Positions 50,602 through 59,185 of a stretch of DNA of 64,000 nt are shown in pieces. This stretch comes from Bacteroidota bacterium (GTDB lineage: Bacteria; Bacteroidota; Ignavibacteria; SZUA-365): contig JACZJN010000071.1 of the NCBI GenBank assembly GCA_014860565.1, forward strand, positions 1,184-65,183. Reading direction: 5' to 3'. A model generated the notes under the pieces. It worked only from the letters and a program-made list of their open reading frames with translations, was not told the origin of the DNA and did no database searches. Made by a program: the position numbers and the translations under genes. How positions within the stretch are numbered: the stretch's first letter is position 1; each line of letters opens with the position of its first letter.

Positions 50602-52065
50602 ATGGAAGATTTTATACTGGGTGCATATGTATTCTCTCTGAGCATCCTGTTCTTGTTCGGGTCGCACGGTTTCGTGATGATCTACTACTATTTCAAGAAC
50701 AAGGACAAGGCGCCGGAAGGGATGGCGGTCCTGGACGACCTGCCCATGGTGACCGTTCAGCTCCCGGTGTACAACGAACTGTATGTCGTAGAGCGGCTCA
50801 TCGATGCTGTCTGCGCGATTGATTATCCCAAGGAAAAATTGGAAATTCAGGTTCTTGATGACTCCACCGACGAGACTGTCGAGGTTATCGCAGCCGCTGT
50901 TGCCGCCAGGCAGGCCGAAGGCTTCGACATCGTCCAGGTTCGCCGTGAGAACAGAGTCGGCTTCAAGGCCGGAGCACTGCGCTATGGCATGGATATCGCG
51001 AAAGGCGAGTTTATCGCGATATTTGACGCAGATTTTGTTCCCAGGGCGAACTTCCTTACCGAAACACTTCGTCATTTTACGAATGATCGAATCGGTATGG
51101 TGCAGACCCGCTGGGAGCATCTGAACAACGAGTTTTCACTTTTGACACGCGCCCAGGGCATCGCCCTCGACGGTCATTTCGTGATCGAGCAGCAGGTGCG
51201 CAACAAATCCGGATTTTTCATCAATTTCAACGGGACAGCCGGAGTATGGCGCCGTTCGTGCATCGTGGACGCCGGAAACTGGGAAGCCGACACGCTGACC
51301 GAGGATCTCGATCTGAGTTATCGCGCACAGCTCAAGGGCTGGCGCTTCGTATATCTCAATAATGTGACTTCCCCGGCCGAGCTGCCGTCTGAAATCAACG
51401 CGCTGAAATCCCAGCAATTTCGATGGACCAAGGGTGCCATCGAAACCGCGCGGAAAATTCTTCCCCGCGTCTGGAAGGCCAAGCTCCCGCTGCGCGTCAA
51501 GCTGCAGTCGACCGTACACCTGACCAACAACCTCGTGTTCCCCTTCATTCTTCTGACCGGCATTCTCAACGTACCGCTGGTCTTCATCAAGCACTCCGGG
51601 CGCCACGAGACGTTTTTTGCCTTCATGTCGATTTTCGTGCTCGCCTTCATCAGCTCCTTCCTGTTCTATCTCTATTCTCAGAAAGATGTGTATACGGATT
51701 GGAAAAAGAGGATTTTCCTTTTCCCGCTTTTCATGTCGGGCAGCATGGGCTTTTCCGTGAATAACTCCCGTGCCGTCATCGAAGGACTTCTGAACCGGAA
51801 AAGCGCGTTTATCCGCACGCCGAAATTCCGTATTGAGACCGACAAGGACACCTGGAAAAACAAGAAGTACCAGGCCTCGACAAAGAAAATCTCGCTTGGC
51901 GTGATTTTTGAAATCGTGCTGGCACTGTACTGTTTCATTGGTGTCGTCGCATCGGTCTGGTTTCTCGAAATCGCCGCCCTGCCGTTCCAGTTACTGTTTT
52001 TCCTGGGCTTCGGTCTGGTTGGCCTTCTGTCTATCCGTCATGCCCTCGGGCCGCGGAGCGCCTGA
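50602..52065 (+). CDS. GT2 membrane glycosyltransferase (cellulose synthase/CSL-like)
   Basis: DDS, KAGAL, DADF, TED, QQFRW. Confidence 0.9.
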   Translation: MEDFILGAYVFSLSILFLFGSHGFVMIYYYFKNKDKAPEGMAVLDDLPMVTVQLPVYNELYVVERLIDAVCAIDYPKEKLEIQVLDDSTDETVEVIAAAVAARQAEGFDIVQVRRENRVGFKAGALRYGMDIAKGEFIAIFDADFVPRANFLTETLRHFTNDRIGMVQTRWEHLNNEFSLLTRAQGIALDGHFVIEQQVRNKSGFFINFNGTAGVWRRSCIVDAGNWEADTLTEDLDLSYRAQLKGWRFVYLNNVTSPAELPSEINALKSQQFRWTKGAIETARKILPRVWKAKLPLRVKLQSTVHLTNNLVFPFILLTGILNVPLVFIKHSGRHETFFAFMSIFVLAFISSFLFYLYSQKDVYTDWKKRIFLFPLFMSGSMGFSVNNSRAVIEGLLNRKSAFIRTPKFRIETDKDTWKNKKYQASTKKISLGVIFEIVLALYCFIGVVASVWFLEIAALPFQLLFFLGFGLVGLLSIRHALGPRSA

Positions 52066-52181
52066 TTTTCTATCAACGGAGAGCGTAGCGGAATCTTGCT
52101 GCAATTTTGAATCTGTATGAATGGAATTTCGCCACAGCGGCCGCGGCTGATGTGGCGAAATATTTTCTTTACGACGGCACC

Positions 52182-53000
52182 ATGGAGCAATCGGCACCGG
52201 GAAATATGTTCTACGACATCGCCGCGCTTGAGCGGCATCTTGTCGCCTACCCTGCTTCGCCGCTTTTCGCGCGTCTCGCCTCCCTGTACATCGACAACAA
52301 TCGTCCCGCCCAGGCACTGAAACTTTGTCTTCAGGGCATCAAGCTGCATCCCGATTATCCGACTGGACTTCTGATGATCGCCCGTGCACAGATAATGCTG
52401 CGGCAATACAGCGACGCGAGGCAGACCCTGCACGAGCTGATCCGTATCCTGCCGTCGTGTACCGCCGCCGTGCGGCTGATCGACCGGATGACAGAGCTGG
52501 AACTCGAATATCCTCCGTATGCCGCTTCGGGCGGCTTGCTGGTCTCGCAACACAGTGTGACGCGCGATGCGGAACGCGATCGCCGGCAGCAGTGGAGTCA
52601 TCAGGACGACATTCTTCCCGGCATCGAGAGTTTTTCTCCCCCGTCTCCGAGTCCTGCGACCGTCAAGGAAGCGAAATCCGAACCCGCTCCATCTGCGCCG
52701 CTTTTCGACCTCGGTGCGCTGGCCGAGCGTTTGGAAGGCGCGCGCATTCCCTCCCTTCCCGAAGAGGATGAGCGCGGAGAAAGCACAGGCGACGACGAGA
52801 CGCTCGAAGAAGTCAATCTCAACCTTCGTCCGGTCACGGAAACCCTGATCGCGATATACGAACAACAGGGGCGCTGGCGCGAAGCCATCGACGGCTATCA
52901 GCGTCTTGCGCTCAAGCAGGCTGGGCGGCGCGAGTATTTCGAGGGGAAAATCAGGGAGACGGAGGCCAAGCGGGACAGCGAGAATTCACCGAAACAATAA
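52182..53000 (+). CDS. TPR protein
   Basis: SPLFARLA; VTETL..IYEQQG...AI..Y. Confidence 0.75.
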   Translation: MEQSAPGNMFYDIAALERHLVAYPASPLFARLASLYIDNNRPAQALKLCLQGIKLHPDYPTGLLMIARAQIMLRQYSDARQTLHELIRILPSCTAAVRLIDRMTELELEYPPYAASGGLLVSQHSVTRDAERDRRQQWSHQDDILPGIESFSPPSPSPATVKEAKSEPAPSAPLFDLGALAERLEGARIPSLPEEDERGESTGDDETLEEVNLNLRPVTETLIAIYEQQGRWREAIDGYQRLALKQAGRREYFEGKIRETEAKRDSENSPKQ

Positions 53001-53015
53001 CACGAGGGAACGATC

Positions 53016-53555
53016 ATGCTCACCACCGCTCATGCAATGCTGCTTGTCATCGATGTTCAGGGCAAACTGGCCGATCTGGCCTGGCGCTCCGAACAGCTGC
53101 AGAAGAATATCCGTATCCTGATCGAAGGCATGAAGGTGCTCGGAGTGCCTGTCGTCGCTACCGAACAGTATCCGAAAGGACTCGGCGGCACCGTGCCTGC
53201 CATCGCCGAACTGCTGGGCGACACCCCGATAATAGAGAAAAACAGCTTTTCCTGTTGTGGTGAATTTGAATTCGAAAGCAAACTCACCGAAATGCATAAA
53301 ACCGATATCATCGTCTGTGGTATCGAGACGCATGTCTGCGTCTACCAGACCACACGCGATCTTCTCACGCTGGGCTACAACGTACATCTGGTAACCGATG
53401 CAGTGTCGAGCCGCACCGAGGAAAACTGGATGCTGGGAATCGACGTCAGCCGCTCCCTCGGCGCCAAGCTGACCGGTACCGAGATGGTGCTGTTTGAGCT
53501 GTTGAAGGAATCAGGCACCGACTCGTTCAAAGCGATTTCGAAGATGGTCAAGTAG
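53016..53555 (+). CDS. Isochorismatase family hydrolase
   Basis: IDVQ, TEQYPKGLG, GIETHVCV. Confidence 0.92.
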   Translation: MLTTAHAMLLVIDVQGKLADLAWRSEQLQKNIRILIEGMKVLGVPVVATEQYPKGLGGTVPAIAELLGDTPIIEKNSFSCCGEFEFESKLTEMHKTDIIVCGIETHVCVYQTTRDLLTLGYNVHLVTDAVSSRTEENWMLGIDVSRSLGAKLTGTEMVLFELLKESGTDSFKAISKMVK

Positions 53556-53613
53556 GGGAAGAATCTCGTCCCGGACGAGAGGAAAGTAAAACTCCCGATA
53601 CAATCCAAACAAT

Positions 53614-53641
53614 GTAGGGGCGCAGCATGCTGCGCCCCTAC
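53614..53641. repeat. REP family B palindrome GTAGGGGCGCAGCATGCTGCGCCCCTAC
   Basis: Perfect 28-bp palindrome identical to the copies at 61849 and 62220; between convergent genes. Confidence 0.92.
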
Positions 53642-53707
53642 ACGTGTGCGGGTAATTTTTATTTGCGGGGGATTCTCGTATTCGGCGAATCCACGGTCGC
53701 GACGAGA

Positions 53708-55834
53708 TCACTTCTTGGGTTCGAACTGCGCGTCGTCGATTTCAGTGTTGTGCTTGTAGGATGTGATGGTTGCCTTCTGCGTCATCCCGGTCGACTCGAC
53801 CGTGAGGGAGAAAGGAAGCATGACGCCATCAACTTGCTGGTAATCTCCGAAGGTCTTCATCACGGAGATAAGACCGTTCGGCGTGTCTTTGCTCGCTGAC
53901 TCGGCGGCGAGGAGGAAGTTTTCAGCGTCGATGAACAGTTCATCAGTGCCATGCTTCTTCTTCAGGTTGAGCACATACACCACGCGACCGTTCATTTCCT
54001 TCTTTTCCGTCACCGTCGGTTCGTACCCGAGTTCCTTCCAGCGAACGACGCTGTTGAACTGCTCGTCCTCGAGCGTCTGCGCGAGGTCGTCGCCCTCCAC
54101 TTCCACAAGCGGCTGCATGGGCTGCCGACTCCAGGCCTTCTGGCCGTTGACCCATTCCTCGATTTCAAGAATCTGTGAGCCGCCGCCCATGTCGACCGAG
54201 AGCGTCACGAGCTGGTATTTTTTGTTCGGCGCCATCGCGATTTCCTTGAACATCCCCTCGGCGGTGGCCGGTCCGAAGGAAATCGTCACATCGCCTTCGG
54301 TAATGCGTGATTTCTGTTTTGCGAATGCCGCATGGCCACCCATGGCTTCGATGTGTTTTTCGAGCAGTGTCGGACCGTCAATGTCGACCTCGTACGTCTT
54401 CGTCGCGGAGACGGGGTTCATATCGGTGTCATACATGTGAACTTCACCGAGCACGGAGAGGGGCTCCTTGATCACGCTGGCGTCTCCGACGGCAAGGAAG
54501 GCGACGTTGTCGGGCGTGAGGTATTTTTTCGCCAGTTTCTGCACGTCGTCAGCCGAGACGTTCATCATCTTGGCGACGTAGGTCTTGTAGTAATCCTTCG
54601 GCAGTCCGTAGAGGTCGATGTTCTGTACCATCGAGGCGATGTTTGACGGGCTTTCCAGCCCCAGGAGAAAACGTCCCGCCGCATACTGCTTGTGCATGTC
54701 GATAGTTTCTTCATCGACTTTTTCATCGCGCAGGCGGTTCATTTCCAGAAGAATCTGTGTGAATGCGGAATCGGTGGCAATACGGCGCACGTCGGCGGTG
54801 GCCTGCCAGAGACCGGCGGACTTGCGTGATTCCATGCTGCTATAGGCGCCGTAGGTGAAGCCATGCTTCTCGCGGAGGTTCGCGAACAGACGTCCCGAGA
54901 ATCCGCCGCCGATGATGGAGTTCATCAATCCCGCTGCGATGTAATCAGGATTGCTGCGCTCCATGCCGGTTGCCTGCACCGTGATGGATGTCTGCGTCTG
55001 CGTCTTGCCGAGGTCGACAAGATGCACGCTGTGTCCTGTGATGCGCTCGGGTTTGGGGAAATTGTCAACCGGCGGCGTGCCTTTCTTCCAGCTTCCGAAA
55101 TATTTCTTCACGATGGGAAGAATTTCCTTCGGCGTCACATCGCCGACGATCGCGAGCGAGGCGTTATTCGGGATGAAGTAGCTCTTGTGAAATGCGACCA
55201 GTGCGTCGCGGCTGATTTTCTCCACGTCCTCTTCCGTACCGAAGTGGGAATAGGGATGCGGAGCGTATCCGACGGTGATCTGCATGCGACTCATGACTTC
55301 GTCAGGACTGCGCTTGACGGTCCTGAGGCCGGAGAGGGACTGCTTTTTCTGCTTATCCAACTCGTCCTGCGGGAAGGTCGGGTTGTACATGGCGTCTGTC
55401 ATCAGGGTGAGCAGCTTGTCCATGTTCTTTTTCAGACCGGAGCCGCTGATCGACATCTGATCGTCGGCCGCGCCGGCGCCGATGCTGAGACCGAGCGCGT
55501 CCGCTTCCTGCGCGAATTGCAGGGAAGTGCGCGAAGACGTGCCGGATGTGAGCAGATCGGTGACGCTGCTCGCGATGCCGGATACGTCGCCGTCGTATTC
55601 CGATCCCGATTTGATCAGGACACGGAAGGTGACGACCGGCTGCGCGGCGTTGGTGATCACAAAGACCTTGAGCCCGTTGTCGAGCGTGGTTTCATAGAAA
55701 TCCGGGAAGGACGCCTTGGGGGCGGGACCCGGTGCCGGTTTTTTCGACCGGTCGATCTGGGCTTCCAGCTGTCCGCCAACGAGCAGAAGGAGCGCAAAGA
55801 TCATGAAAATGCGAAAGTATTTCATTGTCATCAT
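53708..55834 (-). CDS. M16B peptidase non-catalytic subunit with extra C-terminal beta-rich domain
   Basis: No HxxEH; GGGFSGRLFANLREKHGFTYG; C-terminal DYQQVDGVMLPF. Confidence 0.85.
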   Translation of the reverse strand: MMTMKYFRIFMIFALLLLVGGQLEAQIDRSKKPAPGPAPKASFPDFYETTLDNGLKVFVITNAAQPVVTFRVLIKSGSEYDGDVSGIASSVTDLLTSGTSSRTSLQFAQEADALGLSIGAGAADDQMSISGSGLKKNMDKLLTLMTDAMYNPTFPQDELDKQKKQSLSGLRTVKRSPDEVMSRMQITVGYAPHPYSHFGTEEDVEKISRDALVAFHKSYFIPNNASLAIVGDVTPKEILPIVKKYFGSWKKGTPPVDNFPKPERITGHSVHLVDLGKTQTQTSITVQATGMERSNPDYIAAGLMNSIIGGGFSGRLFANLREKHGFTYGAYSSMESRKSAGLWQATADVRRIATDSAFTQILLEMNRLRDEKVDEETIDMHKQYAAGRFLLGLESPSNIASMVQNIDLYGLPKDYYKTYVAKMMNVSADDVQKLAKKYLTPDNVAFLAVGDASVIKEPLSVLGEVHMYDTDMNPVSATKTYEVDIDGPTLLEKHIEAMGGHAAFAKQKSRITEGDVTISFGPATAEGMFKEIAMAPNKKYQLVTLSVDMGGGSQILEIEEWVNGQKAWSRQPMQPLVEVEGDDLAQTLEDEQFNSVVRWKELGYEPTVTEKKEMNGRVVYVLNLKKKHGTDELFIDAENFLLAAESASKDTPNGLISVMKTFGDYQQVDGVMLPFSLTVESTGMTQKATITSYKHNTEIDDAQFEPKK

Positions 55835-55853
55835 TCCTGTGTCTCGTTGAGAA

Positions 55854-57179
55854 TCAGCTGTTTTTATCCATGACCACATACTTGACCACGTTCTTGCGCT
55901 CGGGGCGCAGATACGTGTTCGCCACGCGCTTGATGTCGTCGCGGGTCACGGCCATGTATTTCTCGAGTTCCTTGTTGACCAGATCGGTCTGGTTGCGGAA
56001 CAGGGAGAACTGCGCGAGATTGCGAAGCTTCCCGTCGAGCGAAAGGAAGCTGCGTGTGAATTCGGTTTCCTTTGCCATACGGACTTTGTCAAACTCTTCC
56101 TGCGTGATGCCGTCGCGCTGCACTTTTTCGAGTTCTTCGCGAATGGCTTTCTCGATCGGTTCGAAGTCCACCCCCTGGTTGGCGATGGCGAAGAATGCGA
56201 ACATGCCGGCTTTGTCGAGCGGCATGCCGAAGCTCGATGCCTGAAGGGCAAGCTGTTCGGTGTCGACCAGGCGCTGGTAGATGCGCGAGCTCTTGCCGTC
56301 GGAAAGCACGTTCCCCAGCAATTCGAGCGCGTAGGCGTCGGGATTGCGCGAATCGACCGTGACATACGACTCGATGTACGCAGGCAGAGGAGTGACTTCC
56401 TCTTCCACGATCATCGTACGCGGTTCGGTCTGCTTGGGGATGACGACCTCGTTGCGCTCGGGCGCAGGACCGGCGGGAATGTCGCCGAAATAATCCTGGA
56501 TCATCTTCTTGGTCTGTTTGACGTCGAGATCGCCGCCGACCACGAGACAGGCATTGTTCGGGAGGTAGTATTTGTCGTGGAACTGCCGGAATTCCGCGAT
56601 GGACGCATTGTTGATGTCCTGCGCCACACCGATCGGCATCCATTCGTACGAGGATCCCTTGAAGGTGTTTTTGAAAAGATTATCACCGAGCGTGCCGAAA
56701 GGGCGGCCTTCGTACCGCTGCTTGAGTTCTTCCTTGACGACCTTGCGCTGCGTTTCCACGCCGAGGGAATCAATGACGAGATGCATCATTCGCTCGGACT
56801 CGATCCACAGTGCGAGCTGAAGCTGGTTGATGGGAACCTTGAAGAAGTAGTCTGTCTGATCGAAGGACGTGGATGCGTTCAGCACGCCGCCCGCCGCGGT
56901 GATCAGCTTGTCGACCTGTCCGCGCGGGATGTTTTTGGTGCCTTCGAACATGAGATGTTCGAAGAAGTGTGCGAAGCCGGTGCGGCCGGGGACCTCGTCT
57001 TTCGAGCCCACCCGGTAGAGCAGGTAGGTCATCGCTGTCGGTGCCGTGCGGTCCACATGCAGGATCACCGTCAGGCCATTATCCAGCTTGTATTCTTCGT
57101 ACTGGATCGGCTTGAAGCTCTGCGCGTGCAGTCCCACGGCCAGCAGCAGCAGGAGCGGAATGAAAATCCGTAGTTTCAT
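55854..57179 (-). CDS. M16B zinc peptidase catalytic subunit
   Basis: HFFEH, NASTSFD, ESERM; signal peptide. Confidence 0.92.
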   Translation of the reverse strand: MKLRIFIPLLLLLAVGLHAQSFKPIQYEEYKLDNGLTVILHVDRTAPTAMTYLLYRVGSKDEVPGRTGFAHFFEHLMFEGTKNIPRGQVDKLITAAGGVLNASTSFDQTDYFFKVPINQLQLALWIESERMMHLVIDSLGVETQRKVVKEELKQRYEGRPFGTLGDNLFKNTFKGSSYEWMPIGVAQDINNASIAEFRQFHDKYYLPNNACLVVGGDLDVKQTKKMIQDYFGDIPAGPAPERNEVVIPKQTEPRTMIVEEEVTPLPAYIESYVTVDSRNPDAYALELLGNVLSDGKSSRIYQRLVDTEQLALQASSFGMPLDKAGMFAFFAIANQGVDFEPIEKAIREELEKVQRDGITQEEFDKVRMAKETEFTRSFLSLDGKLRNLAQFSLFRNQTDLVNKELEKYMAVTRDDIKRVANTYLRPERKNVVKYVVMDKNS

Positions 57180-57233
57180 GGAAAGAACCTCAATGGAGAT
57201 TGAAGTGATTGATTGAATGTCGTATGTATCGTA

Positions 57234-57884
57234 TCAACCGGCGGATTGCAGGAAGGGGAGTTCGAGCAGGCCGCGAATTTCGTGAATGACGTAATCTGCG
57301 AGTCCGAGATAGTCCCGGCCAAGCGTGGTTTCCACCGCCACGCAGGTCATGCCGGCGTTTTTTGCGGATTCGATGCCCAGCGGGGCGTTCTCCACTACGA
57401 GGCATTCAGTCGGAGACAGATTCATATGATGCATGGGAGCGAGGTATGGATCCGGGCTGGGCTTGGCGCGGCGCACTTCGTCGCCGGTGATCAGGAAGTC
57501 GAACAGAGTCCGATGGTCTCCGCTCAGCGCAGTTTCCATATTTTTCTTCGAGGAAGCCGTGACCAGTGCGGTCAGAAAACCCCGACGCCGCAGTTCGGCG
57601 ATCACTTCGAAGACATGGGGATAGTAGGTCACCTCGACGATCGAGCGGTAGTACTCGCGTTTGCGGTCGATGAAGGCTTCATGCTCTTCGACGGGCAGCG
57701 TTACACCCGCCTCCGCAAGGAATGTCGGCAGGATTTCGCGCGAAGCGCGTCCCTCATGCAGCAGCACCGAATGTTCGGATACGCTGCCGCCGAGTTCCTG
57801 GAACATCTTTTCCCAGGCCAGATAATGAAAATGGAGAGTGTCGGCGATGACGCCGTCGAGGTCGAAAAAAACCGCCTTGATCAT
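57234..57884 (-). CDS. HAD phosphatase (beta-PGM-like)
   Basis: FDLDGV, VTAS, KPSPDPY, ENAPLG. Confidence 0.9.
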   Translation of the reverse strand: MIKAVFFDLDGVIADTLHFHYLAWEKMFQELGGSVSEHSVLLHEGRASREILPTFLAEAGVTLPVEEHEAFIDRKREYYRSIVEVTYYPHVFEVIAELRRRGFLTALVTASSKKNMETALSGDHRTLFDFLITGDEVRRAKPSPDPYLAPMHHMNLSPTECLVVENAPLGIESAKNAGMTCVAVETTLGRDYLGLADYVIHEIRGLLELPFLQSAG

Positions 57885-57964
57885 AGGTCGCGTGCAGGTG
57901 TGACATCGGTCGCTACAGACTTATAATCTACGAAGAAAGTCCGGAAAAGTTCTAGGTAAAAGGG

Positions 57965-58310
57965 GAGGCACAGGAGGAGTAAGGGAGGGAGGGTTCGGAG
58001 GACACAGAGAAGAGCTTTACCACTGAGGCGCGCCGAGGGACGCAGAGGATTTTGAGGAAACGCTTCCGATTTCATCCCGGGTACTGTTGACAATCGTTGT
58101 GGGTGTTCACTCATCGTCATGCCGAGTGGGACGCGACAGCGACCGAATCGAGGCAGGGTCCCTCGATACGCGTCACCCGCCTCCGGCGTGCGCCGCTACT
58201 CGGGATGACGCTCCGTCCGTCAAAACCCCTCGGCGCGCCTCAGCGTGCCTCCGTGGTAAAATCTTCTCCGTGCTCTCTGCTTCCTCCCTCCCTTACTCCT
58301 CCTGCGCCTC
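57965..58310. repeat. 346-bp non-coding element with ~91-bp imperfect terminal inverted repeats (57965-58055 / 58220-58310)
   Basis: Outer 28 nt match 27/28 as reverse complements; similarity continues through TTTACCAC..GAGG to TTTTGA. Confidence 0.85.
58115..58210. repeat. Nested REP-like element CGTCATGCCGAGT...ACTCGGGATGACG
   Basis: 13-bp IR with 1 mismatch and an inner ATCGAGG...CCTCGAT hairpin. Confidence 0.75.
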
Positions 58311-58938
58311 ACTTCATCAACGGCAGGATGACGGCGATGATCACCCACGCCTGCAGGAGCGTTAGCGCGATGCCGGCGAGTGCGCCTGCGATCACCTGCG
58401 CGATCGTGTGCGCCCGGAGGGTGACGCGGGCCCAGCCGAGCAGCGCGATGAGGGGCAGCGTCCACAGCAGCTCCCACCCGAAGAGGGGAAAGAGGAAGAC
58501 CAACGGTCCGGTGAAGCCCATCATATGCGCACTGATTTTCCATCGTAGATTAATGGCGTTGAGGATGAGCGTGTTGACGAGGAAGCACCACATCAGTCCC
58601 CAGACGAACACCGAAGCGTTCAGGAAGAGAAGGAACATGAGTCCCCCGAGCGAAATCCCGGCGCTGATCATGTACGGTTTTGTGCGCTGCAGACGTTCGG
58701 GCACGTCGTAGGCGCTGACCTGCTTCATTTTTCGCAGATACATGACGTACGCCATTTGCAGTCCTCCCGCACAGGCAGTCGCCACGACCCAGACCACCAC
58801 CTGGTGGAAAATGCTGCCGTGCTCGTAGGCCAGGACGAGCAAGGCGAACACCGCGGCGGCGATCGTCGGGGGGATGAGCGCGATCGAAAGCCGATGCGCG
58901 AATTGTTCGGCGGGGGTGCGGGGCGTCGGATAATCCAT
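58309..58938 (-). CDS. PAP2-like membrane protein
   Basis: KISAH...WARV...H...QVIAG; several TM segments. Confidence 0.8.
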   Translation of the reverse strand: MDYPTPRTPAEQFAHRLSIALIPPTIAAAVFALLVLAYEHGSIFHQVVVWVVATACAGGLQMAYVMYLRKMKQVSAYDVPERLQRTKPYMISAGISLGGLMFLLFLNASVFVWGLMWCFLVNTLILNAINLRWKISAHMMGFTGPLVFLFPLFGWELLWTLPLIALLGWARVTLRAHTIAQVIAGALAGIALTLLQAWVIIAVILPLMK

Positions 58939-58953
58939 CCCGCAAGATATGAA

Positions 58954-59106
58954 GAGTAACCACGGATTGCACGGATTACACAGATTGGCTTTGTGTGCGC
59001 AATGTCTCGAAGATCGGGTGCGATATTTTTTCCAGAAGATTCGGGCGGGCGTTCGAGAAGCGCTCGAAGAACCAATCTGCGCTATCCGTGTAATCTGTGG
59101 TTACTC
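58954..59106. repeat. 153-bp element with 35-bp inverted repeats made of 9-nt CACRGATTR units
   Basis: GAGTAACCACGGATTGCACGGATTACACAGATTGG / CCAATCTGCGCTATCCGTGTAATCTGTGGTTACTC. Confidence 0.85.
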
Positions 59107-59185
59107 CTCTCTGCCTTGTAAATCCTCACTGATTTCGGTAGTATTGGTCCGATACTCTCGACACCTGTTTTTCAGAGGATTCCTG

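Noticed and set aside
57881-58120. 79-aa ORF upstream of the HAD gene
   Set aside because: Lies largely within the foldback element; low-complexity translation.
58949-59185. N-terminal extension of the 945-aa ORF
   Set aside because: It is read-through of the inverted-repeat element; the signal peptide starts at 59186.
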